Origin: Candidatus Ozemobacteraceae bacterium
Lineage (GTDB): Bacteria > Muiribacteriota > Ozemobacteria > Ozemobacterales > Ozemobacteraceae
Assembly: GCA_965140445.1 (NCBI GenBank)
Contig: OZ223236.1
Coordinates: forward strand, 3,744,001 to 3,808,000
Length of the DNA stretch: 64,000 nucleotides
Direction of reading: 5' to 3'
The position numbers and the translations under genes are program-made. Positions 51,315 to 61,100 of this stretch are shown here, in pieces. Below the pieces are notes generated by a model that was not told where the DNA came from, ran no database searches, and saw nothing but the letters and a program-made list of their open reading frames with translations. Within the stretch, counting starts at the first letter, position 1, and every line of letters begins with the position of its first letter.

Positions 51315-52238
51315 TCAATTCTTACGAGGACTTATCCGGTAAAAACGATTCTCAAGGGTAAGTCCCTGAATCTTGTCAAAGCTGGTTCCAATTGATGTAT
51401 CAAGCTTTTTAATTCTAACATCTGGATGGGGATGGGTTTTGAATAACAGCTCCACGCCTTCGTGATCTTGTGCATAATGACCTATTTGCTGAAGCACTGC
51501 CGGCAGACTAAAAGCATCATACCCGGCTCTGGCGGTTAGTACAACTGCAATTCGATCAGCTTCAAATTCCGAGCGTTGATCAAGCGCGCGAGCTACAATC
51601 TCAGCACCGCTGCCAATCAATTTTTGTGCCTTTTCATTGCTCTTGATTTTTTGTGAAACCATTCGGCTGCCCAGATTAAGCAAACGACTTTTTAGAAGAA
51701 TTTTTAGATGATGTTTTCGCAAAACATGACCGATTTCATGGGCTAAAACACCGGCCAATTCTGCTTCATTTTGCAGCAAAGCATACAATCCTCTGGTTAC
51801 AAAAATGTATCCTCCGGGAGCAGCAAATGCATTTACATCCGAAGATTCAATAACTCCAAAGTGCCATGGGAGATCAGTTAATTCGCTTTGATCAGCAACC
51901 CAACGCCCAACAAGGTTCACGTATTTTTGCAAAAAATCGTCTTTAACCAGGGGCACCGCCCCCAAAAGGTTACCCGCAACCTGCCGGCCTATAGCTATTT
52001 CTTCTTCCTGAGAAACTGTAGCAAGGGCTTCGCCAAATCCCTTTCTGGCTTTTTCAGGCAAACGATTTCTTAGCTTTTCCAGCAATTGCTTTTTGTAGTC
52101 AACGCCCCTGGCAGGAATACTGGTGCCACTGGCAATCAACTTTTCCCGGGCCAGATCCAGTAAATACTGCTTAAAATCTACTGCTTGCCCTGCAATTCCG
52201 ATGCAACACAGAAAAACTGTTAAAGCTATTTTTTTCAT
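51315..52238 (-). CDS. M48 family metalloprotease
   Basis: VNAFAAPGGYIFVTRG, AGVLAHEIGH, EFEAD, THP...R. Confidence 0.92.
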   Translation of the reverse strand: MKKIALTVFLCCIGIAGQAVDFKQYLLDLAREKLIASGTSIPARGVDYKKQLLEKLRNRLPEKARKGFGEALATVSQEEEIAIGRQVAGNLLGAVPLVKDDFLQKYVNLVGRWVADQSELTDLPWHFGVIESSDVNAFAAPGGYIFVTRGLYALLQNEAELAGVLAHEIGHVLRKHHLKILLKSRLLNLGSRMVSQKIKSNEKAQKLIGSGAEIVARALDQRSEFEADRIAVVLTARAGYDAFSLPAVLQQIGHYAQDHEGVELLFKTHPHPDVRIKKLDTSIGTSFDKIQGLTLENRFYRISPRKN

Positions 52239-52771
52239 TTTATTCCCTCTCCCTTCAAATAGGGTATGGAACGACCAACAAGTTTGCCTTCCATGGCAAA
52301 TAATCTGGCTTTTGCACTATTCGCAGCATATGATTCAACAAGCTCAAGCTGTCTGGCATTAAACCTGGCTGACTTCAGATTTTCTTCATTCAATCCACGA
52401 ATACCAGTTGTCAGAACTACTTTTCCAGTTCCTGCACGGCCAGAAGTAAGAGACAATAGTCCTTTGGGGGTGTATTTCACCTTCGAAACCCCAGCTCTTT
52501 TAACGCTAAGCATCCTGACCCATCCGGTTCCCAGCTTGCTTCTCACTTGCATCCACCCGCCTTTTCGCTTGAGGATGTCGACATTGTCATTAAGTTCTAA
52601 CGCCCCTATCACCTTTGCATCGCTAAATGGTTCAGCTCTTATAAAATCTTTCCTTAGCATGCTTCCCGTGTTGGCTTTTTTGGCGATTTTCTCCGGTTTT
52701 TCTCCCCACAGGGGCCAGACAAATGTAAAAAAGACTGCCAGAAGCAACAATCCTGTAAAAATTCGTTTCAT
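52235..52771 (-). CDS. Secreted SH3-domain protein
   Basis: IRAEPFSDAKV..L...VDIL.RKGGWMQV.....GWVRM, followed by TTGIRGL. Confidence 0.8.
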   Translation of the reverse strand: MKRIFTGLLLLAVFFTFVWPLWGEKPEKIAKKANTGSMLRKDFIRAEPFSDAKVIGALELNDNVDILKRKGGWMQVRSKLGTGWVRMLSVKRAGVSKVKYTPKGLLSLTSGRAGTGKVVLTTGIRGLNEENLKSARFNARQLELVESYAANSAKARLFAMEGKLVGRSIPYLKGEGIK

Positions 52772-54489
52772 TTTTTTGCCTTCCTTTTATTTGAGGAATG
52801 CCATTGAATCAAAGCTTCAGCAAACAACAAGCGCCAGCTCTCTTCGGCATCCTCTCCGCATGAAATTTGGCCGTGGTGCACAAACCATGAAGCGGCACCC
52901 TCTACCTTTATCAATTCTTTCCGCATCAGTTCAGGGAAAATTGCAATGGCGATTTCAGCATCCTCCATAATTTCCACTGTTGCGGTACAATCTTCGATTG
53001 GAGCTATCCAGCAGACAGCCAATGTCTTTTCAAAAAGGCTCCAGAGACCTTTTTCATCATGGCGCATAACTTCTACACTTTTCTCAAGTTTTCCTGATTT
53101 TAAAAGCCCCACACGAATGTTTTCCCAACCGATTTCGCTGATTTCGTGTGTATCTATCCGGATAAGCAACAAAGTTGCCTGAGCTTTACCGGTTTTCCCC
53201 ATTGATACTCTAACCATACTGCTTTCAAGGGCTTTTTTGGTTAAGGTCGCATAGGTTCTGGTGATACTAAAATATGCTAATGCAAGAGAAACGGGGCCGG
53301 TAAGGTTGATATAAACGTTACTGAAATTAATACTGGCATATGAAACACTGACCAGGAAACACTGTGAAAACCCGAACCACCAGTCAAGAATAATTGGGTC
53401 CACAGACTTATAGAATCCGATTGCTGTCACCCAGACAATTGCCAGAGCCAATAACAAATACAATACCTGTGCCTGGGGGAAACGCAGGAAATCATCATGT
53501 TTGAAGTTATCAATTGCAGTCGCCAGAATTTCTACACCTGGATGCATCTGGCTCATCGGCGTCATTTTCACGTCAAACAGGCTTGGAGCAGTAGAACCAA
53601 CGATTAAAATCTTCCCTTTAAATTCGTCTTTAGGCCGAAGTTTATTTTTTCGGGTTAAGTCTTTAAACACTTCTGCAAAGCTGACAAACTTATAAGTAAA
53701 CGGAGCTCCGCGCCAATTCAGCAAGACGCTTTTCGAATCAGGCAGGGGCCAGCCGAAACTTCTTCCAACTGTGGCCGGTAAAGATGGTATTTTCCAGCCA
53801 TAGGCATTGCTGTATAGATTGTATTGTCTTACAATAGCGTCATCATCGGGATAAATATTGTGCAGGCCGAGATGCCGTGCCGTTAATGCTGCCTGAAAAT
53901 GGGGAAGCACCATAGCAATTGTGGCGTCCTTTTTGACTTTGCCGTTTCCTGCCTTGACTCCAGGAATCATTGATGCTTTTAACTGGCTCAGTTTGTCATT
54001 AGAGGGGTCCAGTCGCAGCATTGGGAAAAACGTATTACTGGCATTGGCAATAGCAGAATTGAAATACTCATCACTTTCAGGATTGTAAAGGTCCGGATCG
54101 CTAAACAGGATATCAAAAACAATTGCTTTCGGCTTCTGCTCTTCAATCAGCTCAATAAATTCCCCAAAGATCTGCCGTGGCCATGGCCATCTTCCAAACT
54201 CCTGCGCCATAGAATCCAGACTTGCCTCGTTAATATCCAGAATAACAATATCCGGATCAGGCTTTGGCTTAATAATTCGGTAATGTAAAATGGCATCAAA
54301 AGCCCCTAAACGCATTTTTTCCGTAAAACGAAAAACAGTAGTATCAGCAATGGCAAAAATGGTAAACAACACAGCAAGATATATGTAAATGGTCTTCTTA
54401 AACCGTCGCCCCAGCCATACCCCCAGAGCAACCCATCCGCCGTTCCAGAAATTACTGATTCTCAATTTGAGATCCACGTCTGCACCCAT
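52768..54489 (-). CDS. CHASE2-domain transmembrane protein with non-canonical cytoplasmic domain
   Basis: IVILDINEASL..GRWPWPR, AIVFDILFSD, GKILIVGSTA, PGVEILATAIDN, then 3 TM helices. Confidence 0.87.
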   Translation of the reverse strand: MGADVDLKLRISNFWNGGWVALGVWLGRRFKKTIYIYLAVLFTIFAIADTTVFRFTEKMRLGAFDAILHYRIIKPKPDPDIVILDINEASLDSMAQEFGRWPWPRQIFGEFIELIEEQKPKAIVFDILFSDPDLYNPESDEYFNSAIANASNTFFPMLRLDPSNDKLSQLKASMIPGVKAGNGKVKKDATIAMVLPHFQAALTARHLGLHNIYPDDDAIVRQYNLYSNAYGWKIPSLPATVGRSFGWPLPDSKSVLLNWRGAPFTYKFVSFAEVFKDLTRKNKLRPKDEFKGKILIVGSTAPSLFDVKMTPMSQMHPGVEILATAIDNFKHDDFLRFPQAQVLYLLLALAIVWVTAIGFYKSVDPIILDWWFGFSQCFLVSVSYASINFSNVYINLTGPVSLALAYFSITRTYATLTKKALESSMVRVSMGKTGKAQATLLLIRIDTHEISEIGWENIRVGLLKSGKLEKSVEVMRHDEKGLWSLFEKTLAVCWIAPIEDCTATVEIMEDAEIAIAIFPELMRKELIKVEGAASWFVHHGQISCGEDAEESWRLLFAEALIQWHSSNKRKAKK

Positions 54490-55322
54490 TATAGAAAATT
54501 CTGTTCTTTCAATTAGCTAAGCACTCATTAGATCAAATTGTCAATTACGTTTTTACCCCATTGAATGGTTCTGCTAAAAAGCAGCCGCCGCAATTTCGCA
54601 TCGTTTAGATTTGAGGATAAACACAGGCTTTTCAAGGGAAATTTGCCAAAATGACGGGTTCCATAGAGAGCATTGACGAGAAAACATTTGTAATATGCTT
54701 GTTTATGAAATAAAAAAGAAAATTCTCAAGCATATTGCTTTGGAAGCAACCACATTTCAGTTTGTTCCTTAGCTTTTTCAAAATTTTCTAAGACCAACCA
54801 TTTCACATTTGTTTCAAAAACCGTAATTTTTTTGTCCGTAAATCTTCAAAATAATGATTTTTAAAACTTACAACACCTCCGTCAAGCAATGTAATAGATG
54901 CTATTATGTGGAAAACTATAGGTTTTAAAACAGAATTTTGTCGGCTTCAATAATTGCCTTAACTTTTTAGCTTTTCAGTATTATAATTATGCGGAATGAG
55001 GATAAAAATAGCTGTTCTGGCAAAAAAATGAGACCAAATATTACCAGCCAACATTACAAAAAAGACCAAAACAAATGGGTAACGCTGGAACAAAGGTGAC
55101 GCGGGCAAAAGAATGTTCTTGGGCAATAATTTTATGTGTTGAAGTGGGGCAAATAAGACTGAACAAAATCTATTGACTCTGTTCACCGGATGAGGTTAAC
55201 TAACTATTAGCTCGTGAGCGGTTTCACAGAGTGTGAATAACAGATTTATAAAAGAAATTGGCTTTATTTACTGGCAAACATTATCACCGCTGTGCCAAAA
55301 AAAGAAGTTTAGAGAGGTATTT

Positions 55323-56078
55323 ATGCGTAAAGTGAATTTTTTTGTTCTTTTTTTTGTAGTTTTATCGTTTTTTTTCCTTGCAAGAGACCAAAGTTCTTAC
55401 GCAATCCCACCCTTGCCTCAAGAAGCTATGAATCCAAAAGACCCTGTAGTCCAGCAAGAAAAAGCCTCAGGAAATAATAGTAGCTTGGAAGTAAAATATG
55501 ATAATGGCCCAGAACAAAGTCCCATCAAACCAAGTAAGAAATCCATGGAATATCTTGAATTGCAAGAGAAGTATAATGATTTGCTAGAAGCGACTTCCAA
55601 GGCACAAGACAAGAGAATCAGTGAAGCCGAAGAAGGATATGATGCTCTTATAAATAAATATGAACGTGCTAAGAATCAGAGTTTTGGGTTGTCTGTTCTT
55701 GTCTTAGTAGCGCTGATTATCACACTTTGGTTGATTCAGTGGCCTCAGAGTAAAGTTGAAAATAGGTTGTCAGATGGAGCCCAGATTAGGATTTTCGGGT
55801 TGGCGTTAATTATTTTTGGTTCTATTTATCTGGTAACCGCAGGCTTCGATAAGGAGCAAATAAACCCTGTGTTAACAATTTTTGGCACGGTTGCTGGTTA
55901 CCTTTTAGCAAAGGAAACAAAACCAAACAAGCTTTCAGCAACTGAATCTCGTTTGGGTATAAGGCCAGGCGCCCCCTCCCCTCCAACAATTGATTCAAGT
56001 TTGAAAAATGAACCAGACACAACTACACCATTGGGTGTAGATGAAAAATCTCAAAAAATCATAGAGGGGAAATCGTGA
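55323..56078 (+). CDS. Hypothetical membrane protein (signal peptide, coiled coil, 3 TM)
   Basis: GAGGT RBS before ATG 55323. Hydrophobic segments including INPVLTIFGTVAGYLL. Confidence 0.7.
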   Translation: MRKVNFFVLFFVVLSFFFLARDQSSYAIPPLPQEAMNPKDPVVQQEKASGNNSSLEVKYDNGPEQSPIKPSKKSMEYLELQEKYNDLLEATSKAQDKRISEAEEGYDALINKYERAKNQSFGLSVLVLVALIITLWLIQWPQSKVENRLSDGAQIRIFGLALIIFGSIYLVTAGFDKEQINPVLTIFGTVAGYLLAKETKPNKLSATESRLGIRPGAPSPPTIDSSLKNEPDTTTPLGVDEKSQKIIEGKS

Positions 56079-56539
56079 AAAAGCTAGGATTTGTATTGTT
56101 TTTTTTATTTGGCCTTGTAAGCGCTGGCATGGGTTCAAACGAAACAATGATTAAAGAAGATGGTCTTCATGATCAAAAAGAAAAAAGTAAGAACATATGT
56201 AAAGAAATTGAACCTTCCATTATCAATACAACAATCACTGATTCAGAGTTGTTAACAGAAAGCATGTCTAATAGCGAAAATTTTGAGTCTGCTGTATCAA
56301 ATTTGAGGAAAATGTTTGGCAAGCAAAAAAACAAAAGTGACCTTGCCACGTTAGAGGCTAACATATCGGAAATAAGACGAGTGTTAGATTGTCCGAGATA
56401 TTTGCCTGATATCTCGGGAAAGAATCATTATAAAGCTATTTTAGATGAGCTTAGGGCTGAATTGAAAAGGGAAAAGGAAAAAAATAAGGTCCTAGAGAAA
56501 AAAATTGAGGAGCTAAACAGAATAATCAAAAATAGATAG
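56075..56539 (+). CDS. Hypothetical secreted coiled-coil protein
   Basis: Signal peptide. GTGA overlap with the upstream gene. Confidence 0.65.
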   Translation: MKKLGFVLFFLFGLVSAGMGSNETMIKEDGLHDQKEKSKNICKEIEPSIINTTITDSELLTESMSNSENFESAVSNLRKMFGKQKNKSDLATLEANISEIRRVLDCPRYLPDISGKNHYKAILDELRAELKREKEKNKVLEKKIEELNRIIKNR

Positions 56540-56670
56540 AATGGCTTTAACCAAATAAGTATTTTCTCAACACAAATGTTTGGTCCTTAAGATAAAGTCC
56601 TCAGGAATTGGAGTTTTGATTCAAAATTATCTCATTTGTGTTTGCCTTCTTTAGTTGATTAATGATGTCA

Positions 56671-57038
56671 CTAAATTTCCAAAGGAGTAAATTTATGAGA
56701 AGAATTGCCCTGTTTGCAGTCTGCATTTCTGCAGAAAAGCTTTCTATTTCTGAGCACATAAATTATTTTCTTGTCCTGAATTGACAGGTCTTGGAAGCTT
56801 CTCTCATAAAATGAGTGTATTTTCGATGATGCGCACCCGCAGTAATGGCAATTTACGCTCTTCTTGAGCGATCTGACGTAAATATAAACTGTGTCGCCAA
56901 TAATTTCATGCTTCACATAGGAAAGATTCTTTTACAACATTTTGACAATCTTGTCCATTCCTGATCCTAAAATTCAAATTTTAGCGGGTGGAGCCTAGTA
57001 CAATTAAGAACAAAAGTCAACTAACCATGGAAAGAGCC
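56671..57038 (-). mobile_element. ISL3-family IS remnant (left end plus truncated transposase zinc finger, pseudogene)
   Basis: Terminal GGCTCTTTCC at 57038 (minus) and promoter TTGACT-N17-TAGGCT. ATG 56958 reads MDKIVKML*KNLSYVKHEII (in-frame stop), then zf-ISL3 CHYCG..HS.Y.R..QDL..C....C. Confidence 0.8.
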
Positions 57039-57096
57039 TATTTTTCCCAGTGAACGTGGAAAGCGTTTTTCCCTGTTTTTGAGAAAAAAATAATGA

Positions 57097-57445
57097 TTAT
57101 TTCTCCTTTTTTAAAGTTCTGTAGGACTTTCCGTCCAAGCTGAAGATTCGTGCATGATGAAGCAGTCTATCCAGCATTGCCGTTGTCATGACTTCATCTC
57201 CCATCATTTCAGCCCAGGAATCGAAACTTTTGTTCGATGTGATGGTTATTGAAGCTTTCTCTTAGAGCTCGCTAATCAGGTTAAAGAATAGATTTGCTTT
57301 CCTCCTTTCTATTGGTGTATAGCCGATTTCGTCTATGATCACCAGATCTGATTTAAGAATTCTGTTTATCCTGAAGGCAGCTCCCCTCTGAACCTCAGCT
57401 GTTTTAAGCAGCTTTATAAGATTAGAGACTCTTTCTGACACTTGC
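57097..57445 (-). pseudogene. istB: IS21-family IstB ATPase C-terminal fragment with in-frame stop
   Basis: DLVIIDEIGYTPI...LFFNLISEL*EKASITITSNKSFDSWAEMMGDEVMTTAMLDRLLHH...GKSYR. Walker A half is missing. Confidence 0.88.
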
Positions 57446-57761
57446 TCCGTTAAGGATCGCATTTTTTACCTGCAAAAAGGTTGGATTACCGCCATCAAAT
57501 AACTTTAACAAATCCGGCTTATCTGGGCCTGCCATTGCAAATTGAGTAGAACAACAAAACCAAAAGAATTCTCACATATCTGTTCATAAAAACTCCTAAA
57601 GCCAGATTAATATGAATATACGATACCTTACTGACAAGGTAACGATCAAAACAGCTTCAGTTCTTTTATTTAATTAAATGGTTCAGCAGAATACGGAGTT
57701 TTTGAGTCGCTCAAATTTGCCAATGCTATGGTCGTCGTGTTGCTAAAAAAATCCTAAAACC

Positions 57762-57807
57762 AAAAAAACCGAAATCTTTGCAGATTTCGGGTTTTCGGTG
57801 GAGCTGA
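57762..57807 (-). other. Possible att remnant: tRNA-Ala/tmRNA-like 3' end (TCAGCTCCACC) followed by terminator
   Basis: Minus strand TCAGCTCCACC-GAAAAC-CCGAAATCT-GCAA-AGATTTCGG-TTTTTTT. Confidence 0.5.
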
Positions 57808-57898
57808 TCACTATCTAAAGATGAGTGGAAAACCTTTTCGTGAGATTTTTTGGGGGTGTGTTTCTGCTGGAGAACCGCCTTTTTAAAGATGCAATTTT

Positions 57899-58168
57899 TC
57901 AACTTTTACTTTTTTTGGCCTTCAATTCTTCTAAAAGGCTCTTCATTTTATCAGAATTGAAGTGAGCCGAAGTATTTGCAGATAATCTTGCGCTTTCATT
58001 TACAGAAAGGAAATTAATCCTTCCATTGGGCAGAAAAAACACTTTTGCCAAATCTTTCCCTTGCTTTGGTAAAATGTTAAACCTACCGCTTTTCAATTCA
58101 GCAGTAAGCAAGTGAAAGTTTCTTTCAAACTCTCCCCTTGTTTTTGGTCTATTCATTGGTTCAAGCAT
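57899..58168 (-). CDS. avs1c: AVAST type 1 anti-phage system small protein Avs1c
   Basis: P.TR.EFE..F..L...LPNGRINFLSVNESARL.AN resembles Avs1c as recalled. Coupled (TGA-A-ATG) downstream of a protease-STAND gene. Confidence 0.8.
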   Translation of the reverse strand: MLEPMNRPKTRGEFERNFHLLTAELKSGRFNILPKQGKDLAKVFFLPNGRINFLSVNESARLSANTSAHFNSDKMKSLLEELKAKKSKS

Positions 58169-58169
58169 T

Positions 58170-61100
58170 TCAATATCCCCTTGTATAGTTATTACCTTCT
58201 GAGTCGATTATTCCCATAAATGTATCATTGTTAAATAGATACCATATAAGCTCTCGGTCATTGGGAATAGAAATTTGCTCTTTTTCAATTGCAAGTAGGC
58301 AGCCTTCATATTTTGGTTGCCCTAAGCAATAAGGAGAGCTACTTCTATTTATTAGCCAGCTTATTCTTTGGAAGCCATCTGCCTTTAATTTTATTATTTG
58401 AGAAAAATGAGGGAAAGGAATAGCTGGAGTAACCTCTCCGCCAAAAATTGGAGCTGGGTCAAAAGTTATGCAGGTTTCATAATCCGAATCAATTTTTCTA
58501 AAATCTGGTTGATCTGATGAACACATTTTCTGAAAATTCCTTGGATGTGGGAAAGCCATCTCTTGAAGCTGACTTGAATGAATATAGCATGCTATGGCCT
58601 CAACCGATAGATTTCTTTGGTTTTCGGCATCCCGTAAAATCCCATAAAAATGTAAGAAATACTGATCCTCATTCCCAATAATCTTTCTAATATCATCTCT
58701 AATAGGATCATCTAAAAAGGGTATATTTAAATTTCTCATTGAAAAAGCATCGGTGAGGTTTCTTCTTGGAAAAGATTGATTGTATGGCCTAATCAATCTC
58801 TCTATTTCAATAATTTCTTCTTCAGTCAAAAGTTTAAATAACGAAACATTTAAGGCAAACCGAACTTTTGCTTCCCATCTATTTAAGTAACTGTTGTTTC
58901 TTTCACGGAATCCTTTGGAAACCAAATTTTCAATCTCAAAAGCCTCTGAAATTTTTAAAGGCAAGCAAACTTTTTTCAATTCCGTTGTCATTTCTGAAAT
59001 TATATGCTTTATGGAGAATTCCATATCGTGAAGAGGTTGTAGAATGTGAGAAATACATTCAGCCCAATAAGGAATCGAGTATTCGCTGTTATTATTTTCT
59101 TGCGTTAGTTTTTCATTCCTTATTTTTTGGGAAAGCTCTTTTAGAATTTTTGCCCCAGTTTTAGAACCTGAATCAGCAGCTCTTTTAGAAATTCGTCTTA
59201 AAATCAACAGTCTGCTAGCGTGCTTACAATGAGAAATTATTTTTTTCTTTTCAAGGGTTGGGCAAACAATACTCCATAAAGCTAGTGGATCCTTCGATGA
59301 AAAACTGTCAATAATCCCAGCTAAAATGTCTGGGCTATAGCCAACTTTCATTGAGAATGCTTCTTGGATTACATTATTAAAAAAGCTTGCTTTAGGAGAA
59401 ACTAGCCAAAGGAGCATTTCAATTGCTTTTTCCCGTCTAAGCCTTTTAGGGTGGTCAACCAGCCAAGCTACTAGTGAATACAGAGTTTCGTTCCCATCAA
59501 GTTTATTTGATTTGTCTAAAAAACTATAGGTGTTAATTTCATTATTTGCATTTCCAACTACTTGTTGAAAATGTTCGAAAATGTAGTCAAGGAGAATTGA
59601 TTTACTCTCATCAGGGCTCAGCTTCATAATCTTAGGTATTAAGTACCCAGCGATTAACCACTTTTCAGTAAATTGCTCATTTTCAATCATTGAAGAGTAA
59701 AAACTAATTAACTCATGGCTATCCTTTGAAGCTTGCAAGATTATGGCTTCAGCCTCTCTGTGTGATGCTGAGTGAGAATTTGTCCATATTCCCCATCCTC
59801 CATCTTGGAGTATTTTAATTGCGTTGGCGGAAGCCTCTGCAGAGGCAATCTGATTACCCAATTCAAGTTCACTTTTCGCCCTATTTAATTCTGACTGAAA
59901 ATTTGCTGAAGAAGCTTTTGTTCCAAAAGTTCCTGGCATAAATAGGAGATTCTCATCTATATCATCATCAGTTTCCCTAACCTTGTCATCATCAATATCA
60001 TGATTTTCGTCTTTTGATGGTGAGATAGTATTAGGAAATTGCTGGGTAGAGCCCTTCTCAGCTTCAATAGTCAGCTTTTCTTTGAGTTTGTTAAAACTTT
60101 GATGAAACTTTTCATTTAGGTGTTCAAAAAAAGATTTTAAGAAGGTTAAGAGATCGCAAGAGTCTAATTCTGTTCCTGTAACAATATTTAGCCTATAGAT
60201 TATTTCATGATTTTCTTCCGGTTTTCCAAAGTTTTGATTTACTATTTCGGCATACTCTTTTGCAAAATCAGTTAAATATCTCTCATCCCCGCACTGGAAA
60301 ACTTCCAGCAAGGCCCACCTCAAACGCCAGTTTTGCTTCTTAGAGTTTTTGACAATTTCAAGAATAGCACTTTGCTCATCAATTGCGCCTCCTGGAAAGC
60401 GCATTCCCTCAAACTTGGATATTTTATCAACATTTCCGCTCAAAGCCTCATTTTTTAGATGCTCTAAAGGTCCGCAGGATTGGTGAACAAAATATTGAAA
60501 GCCTCCTTCAAATTTGTCTCTACGGAATAACTCTGCAATCAATTCGTGTTTTTGCTGTCTAACATATCGTTGAAAAGTCATTTCACCAGAGCAGTGTTCA
60601 AGATAGCCTGCTATTTTTGAAAAAAACTTGGATTCTTCCGAAAAGTGATCTGTGCTCTTAAATGATTCAAGCATTAAGCTTAATTGATCTTCTTTGTACC
60701 AATTAGGCCCCATTGAAAGTTCTAGCGCTTTTTCAAAAAGAGATTTTGCTTCTTCATGTGCAGAGAAATGGGTGAAATATGGGATCAAATGCAGAATCTC
60801 TGGAACTAATTCATGCCGATTTTCAATTCCTGAAATGAGATAGTTTTTCCAGAATTTTAATATTTTGAATGCTTCCCCAGAAACTTGCTTGTTACGTTTA
60901 GTGAATGTTAATTCGAAAATTAGAATATCAAGAACTTGCCTGAATCCTTCATTATATAAACCAAGTTGCTTGGGTAGCCTAGTGTTCAAGCTCTTTAAGA
61001 ATTCAAGAATTTTATCGTGAAAGCAGTTAAGGAAGATGGATATCACTTTTTGATAAATGAAGGGCAAAAGTTGCTCTGGAATTGCGTATCCATCTACCCA

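Noticed and set aside
52266..52970. 234-aa plus-strand ORF
   Set aside because: Antisense shadow of the well-supported SH3 and CHASE2 genes.
54959..55186. 75-aa minus-strand ORF in the intergenic region
   Set aside because: No convincing RBS or recognisable motif. Likely spurious.
55200..55300. GGCAAA-containing hairpins as a c-di-GMP-I riboswitch
   Set aside because: It lacks the GNRA-capped P2 stem and the downstream GCAAAG element.
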